From: Smithellaceae bacterium
Lineage (GTDB): Bacteria; Desulfobacterota; Syntrophia; Syntrophales; Smithellaceae
Direction of reading: 5' to 3'
Length of the DNA: 64,000 bases
Assembly (NCBI GenBank): GCA_963682105.1
Contig: OY821638.1
Location: 1,813,245-1,877,244 of the forward strand
The translations under genes and the position numbers were made by a program. The notes under the pieces are model-generated. The model worked only from the letters and a program-made list of their open reading frames with translations. It was not told where the DNA came from and made no database searches. Shown in pieces: positions 59,112 to 64,000 of this stretch (its first letter is position 1; each line of letters begins with the position of its first letter).

Positions 59112-60362
59112 CTATCCTTTGATCCTTTGCGGATAGAGAGGAAACCGGTCGCAAAGCGTTTTGACTTTTTCAGCCACAGCTTTGATTTTCTGCTCATCTT
59201 TAATGTGATTGATCACGTCGGCAATCAATGTGGCGATCTGCCGCATTTCATTTTCCTTCATGCCTCGGGTGGTCAAGGCCGGCGTGCCGATGCGGATGCC
59301 GCTGGTGACCATCGGCCCTTGCGTATCGAAGGGAATGCCGTTTTTATTGACGGTGATGGCCGCACGATCCAATGCTTCCTGCGCGTCTTTACCGGTGACA
59401 CCCTTGGAGGTCAAATCCACCAGCATCAGGTGATTATCCGTACCGCCGGAGACCAGACGGAAGCCTTCGTCCTTTAACTGCTGGGCCATGGCCTGGGCGT
59501 TTTTAACTATCTGTTCCTGATATGTCTTGAATTCCGGCATCAGGGCTTCTTTAAGCGCCACGGCTTTGGCGGCGATAACATGCATCAGCGGGCCGCCCTG
59601 CATGCCGGGGAAAACGCGGCTGTTGAGCGCCTTGATATAAGGTTCCTTGCACATGATCAAACCGCCGCGCGGTCCGCGCAGGGTTTTGTGTGTGGTGGTG
59701 GTGACGTATTCGCAAACGGGAACCGGCGAAGGATGAAGGCCTGTGGCCACCAATCCGGCAATGTGCGCGATGTCCGCCATAATCACCGCGCCGACTTCAT
59801 CGGCTACGGCGCGGAATTTGTTGAAATCAATGATTCGGGGATAGGCGCTGGCACCGACCACGATCATCTTGGGTTTATTTTCACGGGCAATTTTGGCCAG
59901 TTCGTCATAATCGATAGTTTCCGTGTCGCGGTTGACACCGTACGGAACGATTTTGTAAAACTTGCCGGAAAAGTTGGCGGGTGATCCGTGAGATAAATGA
60001 CCGCCGTGCGACAGGTTCATGCCCAGAACCGTATCGCCGGGGGAACAGGCCGCAAAGTAAACGGCCATATTGGCCTGGGTGCCGGAATGCGGCTGGACAT
60101 TGGCTTCTTCGGCGCCGAAGAGTTTTTTGCAGCGTTCAATCGCCAGACTCTCAGGAATGTCGACATATTCACAGCCGCCGTAATAACGCTTACCGGGATA
60201 GCCTTCGGCATATTTGTTGGTCATGACACAGCCCTGAGCTTCCAGGACGGCTTCACTGACAAAATTTTCCGAAGCGATGAGCTCCAATTTTCCCGCTTGC
60301 CGTTTGGTTTCCTGCTGGATGGCGTAAGCGACTTCCGGATCGACTTTTTCCAAAAAAGACAT
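59112..60362 (-). CDS. glyA: serine hydroxymethyltransferase
   Basis: [17 protein letters not shown]-lysine motif, whole-length similarity. Confidence 0.95.
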   Translation of the reverse strand: MSFLEKVDPEVAYAIQQETKRQAGKLELIASENFVSEAVLEAQGCVMTNKYAEGYPGKRYYGGCEYVDIPESLAIERCKKLFGAEEANVQPHSGTQANMAVYFAACSPGDTVLGMNLSHGGHLSHGSPANFSGKFYKIVPYGVNRDTETIDYDELAKIARENKPKMIVVGASAYPRIIDFNKFRAVADEVGAVIMADIAHIAGLVATGLHPSPVPVCEYVTTTTHKTLRGPRGGLIMCKEPYIKALNSRVFPGMQGGPLMHVIAAKAVALKEALMPEFKTYQEQIVKNAQAMAQQLKDEGFRLVSGGTDNHLMLVDLTSKGVTGKDAQEALDRAAITVNKNGIPFDTQGPMVTSGIRIGTPALTTRGMKENEMRQIATLIADVINHIKDEQKIKAVAEKVKTLCDRFPLYPQRIKG

Positions 60363-60386
60363 TGTTAAACAATTCCTCCAAAAACT

Positions 60387-61628
60387 TTAATCTCTATATT
60401 CTTTCAACACAAGAACGGCGTTGACGCCTCCGAATCCGAAACTGTTGGATATGGCGGTTGATATTTTTTGATGTCGGGCCACGTTCGGCACTAAATCCAG
60501 ATCGCATTCTTCATCAGGCTCTTCCAGATTGATGGTGGGCGGAACAATGCCCTCCTGAAAAGCTTTGAGTGTGAAGATGGCTTCCACCGCGCCCGTTCCT
60601 CCCAGCATATGGCCGGTCATGGATTTGGTCGAACTGACCAGCATTTTTTTTGCATGGTCGCCGAAAAGACGTTTGATCGCCTGCATTTCATACAGATCAT
60701 TGAGGAGTGTGGACGTACCGTGGGCGTTGATATAATCAACGTCCGTTGTCGGAATGGCGGCGTCTTTGAGAGCCACCCGCATGCTGCGTTCGGCGCCTTC
60801 ATGTCCGGGAGGCGGAGCAGCCAGATGATAAGCGTCGGACGTGCAGCCGTAACCTATAATTTCCCCGTAAATTTTCGCACCGCGATTTTTCGCAAAGGAC
60901 AACTCTTCCAGAATCAGAACACCGCAGCCTTCCGCGATCACAAAACCGTTGCGCCCCTTATCAAACGGACGGCTGGCCTTTTGCGGATCATCATTGCGCG
61001 TCGACAAGGCCCGCATGGCGCAGAAACCGGCGACCCCCAGCGGCGTTATGGCTGCTTCAACGCCGCCTGCGATCATGACGTCCGCATCGCCGTAAGCAAT
61101 CGTCTTGTAGCTGTCGCCGATGGACGTATTTCCTGTGGCGCAGGCCGTCACGGAACAATTGATGGGCCCCTTGGCGCCAAAACGGATCGACACATGGCCG
61201 GACGCCAGATTGGCCAAAATGGCCGGAACGCCGAAAGGCGATATCTTCCGGGGACCGGATTGTATCAGCGTTCTGACTTCGGCCTCGAAGGTTTGCACGC
61301 CGCCGATGGCGGAACCGATAATCACGCCGACCCGTTCGGCAATTTCCGGAGTAATCGCAAGCGCCGCGTCGTCCATCGCCATCTGCGCCGCCGCGAGTGA
61401 ATAAATGGCAAAAGGATCGTAGCGGCGGATTTCTTTTTTATCAACATACTGCGTCGGATCAAAATTCTTTACTTCACCCGCAACCCGGGAGGCAAAAGCC
61501 GAAGCATCAAAGCGGGTGATAGGACCGATGCCGGATTTTCCGGCAATGGCGCCGGCCCACGATTCCGCAACGGAGTTTCCCAGCGGAGTCAGGGCGCCGA
61601 GGCCTGTTACAACGACACGCCTTTTCAT
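60387..61628 (-). CDS. fabF: beta-ketoacyl-ACP synthase II
   Basis: Active-site [31 protein letters not shown]. Confidence 0.95.
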   Translation of the reverse strand: MKRRVVVTGLGALTPLGNSVAESWAGAIAGKSGIGPITRFDASAFASRVAGEVKNFDPTQYVDKKEIRRYDPFAIYSLAAAQMAMDDAALAITPEIAERVGVIIGSAIGGVQTFEAEVRTLIQSGPRKISPFGVPAILANLASGHVSIRFGAKGPINCSVTACATGNTSIGDSYKTIAYGDADVMIAGGVEAAITPLGVAGFCAMRALSTRNDDPQKASRPFDKGRNGFVIAEGCGVLILEELSFAKNRGAKIYGEIIGYGCTSDAYHLAAPPPGHEGAERSMRVALKDAAIPTTDVDYINAHGTSTLLNDLYEMQAIKRLFGDHAKKMLVSSTKSMTGHMLGGTGAVEAIFTLKAFQEGIVPPTINLEEPDEECDLDLVPNVARHQKISTAISNSFGFGGVNAVLVLKEYRD

Positions 61629-61655
61629 GATTGATGATCCTGATGGTCTAAAAAA

Positions 61656-61892
61656 TTAATTAATGCCTTTGGCTTTGAGAAATTCAATGACGTCTTTGAT
61701 GGTGCGGATCTTTTCCAACTCTTCATCGGCAATCTCTACACCGAACGCTTCTTCCATTTCCATGATCAGTTCAACGAGGTCCAGAGAATCGGCTCCCAGA
61801 TCGTCAATAAAAGATGCTTCAATCTTGCATTGTTCCTGAGTTACGTCCAACTGTTCCATTACCAGTTTAATGACTCTCTCTTCTAATGTCAT
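61656..61892 (-). CDS. acpP: acyl carrier protein
   Basis: ATG at 61892 (MTLEERV...). LGADSLDLVELIMEMEE. The track ORF start at 61913 is an upstream extension. Confidence 0.9.
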   Translation of the reverse strand: MTLEERVIKLVMEQLDVTQEQCKIEASFIDDLGADSLDLVELIMEMEEAFGVEIADEELEKIRTIKDVIEFLKAKGIN

Positions 61893-62073
61893 GAATTTTC
61901 TCCTCCAGTCCAAAATAGACTAATATATGTGTTACAAAGTGGTAACCTTATTACCTGTTTTTTTAAAAAAAATCCTTATTTTTTTGATATAGGCTTAGAC
62001 CCGGATATTCAGGCTGTTCATGCTTTTTAATATTTTAATCCCGAGGCGTTCAGGCCAAAGCTCATCGGCCCTG

Positions 62074-62112
62074 AAAAAAATGCGGATGGAAGCATCATAT
62101 CTCCATGCGCAT
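62074..62112 (-). terminator. rho-independent terminator after rpmF
   Basis: On the minus strand: ATGCGCATGGAG-loop-CTTCCATCCGCAT (one mismatch) followed by TTTTTTT. Confidence 0.6.
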
Positions 62113-62169
62113 CCCGACGAAGGCGCGAACGGAGAAACGCTCCTAAGCCACGATTAATCATCTTGTCTT

Positions 62170-62355
62170 TTACGAAAGTTTTTCCGCCGGAATCACTTCT
62201 CTGCCCTTGTACGTGCCACAGTTGGGGCATACACGATGAGGCAGCTTCGGTGCACTGCACTGCGGACAAACAGATACGGAATTGGGGGTCAGGAAATCAT
62301 GAGCCCTTCTCATATTGCGTCTTGTTTTTGAATGTCGTTTTACTGGATTTGGCAT
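62170..62355 (-). CDS. rpmF: 50S ribosomal protein L32
   Basis: [19 protein letters not shown]..., CPxC...CPNC zinc-ribbon form. Confidence 0.95.
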   Translation of the reverse strand: MPNPVKRHSKTRRNMRRAHDFLTPNSVSVCPQCSAPKLPHRVCPNCGTYKGREVIPAEKLS

Positions 62356-62379
62356 GGTAATTTATCCTCTTCATTAATA

Positions 62380-62922
62380 TTAATTTTTTACTCTAAAATT
62401 TTTCAATACCGCCAGACGATCATCCACAACATCCGAACGGCAATGACATGACCCCGTATTCAAATTTGTCCCGCAACGCGGGCATAATCCCTTACAATCC
62501 TCAGAGCAGAGAACCTTGATCGGAACCTGCAAAACAATCTGTTCGCAAACAAGCGGCGCCAGATCGATAAAATCACCGCGATAATAACCGGTTTCCAGCT
62601 CATCGGCCGAAAGTTCGGTCTCTTCTTCAAACTCTTCCTTCTCCGGCACCAGCGTATAAACAAAATCACCGCCAACTGCAATAGTGGCCGGCTCCAGGCA
62701 GCGGCTGCATTCCTGGCTGATGGTGACCTTCAGATTTCCCCGGACATAAACCGTTGGGCCCAATCGGGTAATCAAGCACTCAACATCGGCCTTCACCAGA
62801 GAAAATTCGGGCTGCTCATCACTGGCAAAATATTCTTTAAACCAGGCGGCATCTTCAGAAAATTTAAGCTTCAGCCCTTCCTCGGGAAGTATCGCCGGAT
62901 TGATTTTCAAAGAATCAGACAT
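62380..62922 (-). CDS. yceD: YceD/DUF177 family protein
   Basis: Conserved position upstream of rpmF. C-terminal CSEDCKGLCPRCGTNLNTGSCHC. Confidence 0.85.
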   Translation of the reverse strand: MSDSLKINPAILPEEGLKLKFSEDAAWFKEYFASDEQPEFSLVKADVECLITRLGPTVYVRGNLKVTISQECSRCLEPATIAVGGDFVYTLVPEKEEFEEETELSADELETGYYRGDFIDLAPLVCEQIVLQVPIKVLCSEDCKGLCPRCGTNLNTGSCHCRSDVVDDRLAVLKNFRVKN

Positions 62923-63084
62923 TTAAAACAACTGCCTTTTTTAGTTAGCCTGCCGCGCTAAGCGGGTGAGTAAATTACAAATGAGAATTATTGTCAAGTA
63001 CATTTTACGGTCCTGCCGGCAAAAGGCTCTTGACAAAAAGGCGCCCCCAACCCTATAAAACTGCAAAAATTCAAGGAACACCTT

Positions 63085-64000
63085 ATGACAACTAAAATCC
63101 GAACCCGTTTTGCCCCCTCCCCCACCGGTTATCTGCATGTCGGAGGAGCGCGAACTGCTCTTTTTAACTGGCTTTATGCCCGCCATAACGGCGGAGAATT
63201 TATATTGAGAATCGAGGACACCGACCAGGAACGCTCCACGGATGAATCCACCCGCGCCATCCTCGACGCCATGGCCTGGATGGGCCTCAACTGCGACGAA
63301 GGCCCCTATTTTCAGGCAGAGCGAGTCGGTCTGCACCGCCAGATGGTCCAAAAACTCCTGGACGAAGGCAAAGCTTATGTCTGTACCTGCACATCCGAAG
63401 ACCTTGAAAATAAAAGAAAAGCGGCAATGGCTGCCGGGAAAAAGCCCAAATACGACGGCACCTGCCGCGACAAGGGCCTGAAAAAATCTCCGGGTTCCGT
63501 CGTCCGGTTTCGCGGCGCGGAAACCGGCGTCACCATCGTGGAAGACCTGATCAAAGGAAATATCAGCTTTAATAATGAAGAGCTCGACGATTTGATCATT
63601 GAACGCGGCGACGGTTATCCCACTTACAACTTTGCCGTCGTCATTGACGATGCCATGATGAATCTCACGCATGTCATCCGCGGTGACGACCATGTCAACA
63701 ACACCCCGCGCCAGATTCTGATTTACCAGGCATTGGGATTTGAAGTCCCTAAATTCGCTCATGTTCCGATGATTCTGGGCTCGGACAAGACAAGGCTCAG
63801 TAAACGCCACGGCGCGACCTCCGTCATGGCATACAAGGACATGGGATACCTGCCGGAGGCGCTGGTCAACTACCTGGTTCGCCTGGGCTGGTCGCACGGT
63901 GATCAGGAAATATTTTCCATGCAGGAGCTCATCGACTACTTCGGGCTGGACACGGTGGGAAAATCACCCGCCGTCTTCAATCCCGAGAAATTGCTCTGGC
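63085..64000 (+). CDS. gltX: glutamate--tRNA ligase, N-terminal 305 codons (continues past the right edge)
   Basis: Absent from the ORF track (no stop in the window). ATG 63085. [28 protein letters not shown] (HIGH motif), ILRIEDTD, and KLSKRHGA-type KMSKS region (RLSKRHGA). The 318-aa ORF 62941..63897(-) is its antisense shadow. Confidence 0.9.
   Translation, partial: MTTKIRTRFAPSPTGYLHVGGARTALFNWLYARHNGGEFILRIEDTDQERSTDESTRAILDAMAWMGLNCDEGPYFQAERVGLHRQMVQKLLDEGKAYVCTCTSEDLENKRKAAMAAGKKPKYDGTCRDKGLKKSPGSVVRFRGAETGVTIVEDLIKGNISFNNEELDDLIIERGDGYPTYNFAVVIDDAMMNLTHVIRGDDHVNNTPRQILIYQALGFEVPKFAHVPMILGSDKTRLSKRHGATSVMAYKDMGYLPEALVNYLVRLGWSHGDQEIFSMQELIDYFGLDTVGKSPAVFNPEKLLW

Noticed and set aside
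62941-63897. 318-aa ORF on the minus strand
   Set aside because: Antisense shadow of gltX, whose HIGH/KMSKS-containing frame (63085 onwards, + strand) is missing from the track only because it runs off the window.

Overview
This 64-kb chromosomal window holds about 50 credible protein genes. Gene content (Na+-translocating decarboxylase, many acyl-CoA enzymes, sigma-54 control, a PEP-CTERM protein) suggests an anaerobic, fatty-acid or aromatic-degrading deltaproteobacterium (Desulfobacterota-like); this is inference only. I saw no rRNA or tRNA gene. All functional calls rest on motif and family recognition by eye, with no database search.

Left third (1-25.7 kb):
- A lone Na+-decarboxylase beta subunit.
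- A MoxR/VWA pair in an operon with a divergent acyl-CoA-dehydrogenase-like gene.
- Acyl-lipid genes: a PlsC-type acyltransferase, an unusual AMP-ligase/carrier/PlsC tri-domain protein, a crotonase and FadD.
- A soluble multi-PAS hybrid histidine kinase, a PAS-GGDEF protein, Usp and redox enzymes.

Centre (27.0-41.5 kb): a complete type I-E CRISPR-Cas locus.
- Gene order is DEDDh exonuclease, cas3, cas8e, cse2, cas7e, cas5e, cas6e, a 1.4-kb insert, cas1, cas2, leader, array.
- The DEDDh exonuclease gene overlaps the cas3 start.
- The insert carries Bro-N and DinD gene fragments.
- The array has 67 repeats and 66 spacers. Its internal structure includes a duplicated spacer, overlapping spacers that expose an AAG PAM, allelic spacers, and a solitary I-C-like repeat at the distal end.

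Right third:
- A SpoIIE-type phosphatase, an outer-membrane protein and an MFS transporter.
- A sigma-54 activator divergent from a -24/-12 promoter that drives an acyl-CoA ligase.
- An HDOD protein and an amidohydrolase/C39-peptidase fusion.
- A housekeeping block: nusB-ribH-ribBA-ribE-nrdR-dCMP deaminase-glyA-fabF-acpP, rpmF-yceD, and gltX.

Almost every large intergenic gap is filled by one mosaic family of short repeats: GC-rich hairpins, 7- and 8-nt microsatellites, and a ~150-bp TIR-bounded element. Both filled and empty insertion sites for that element are visible in this window.
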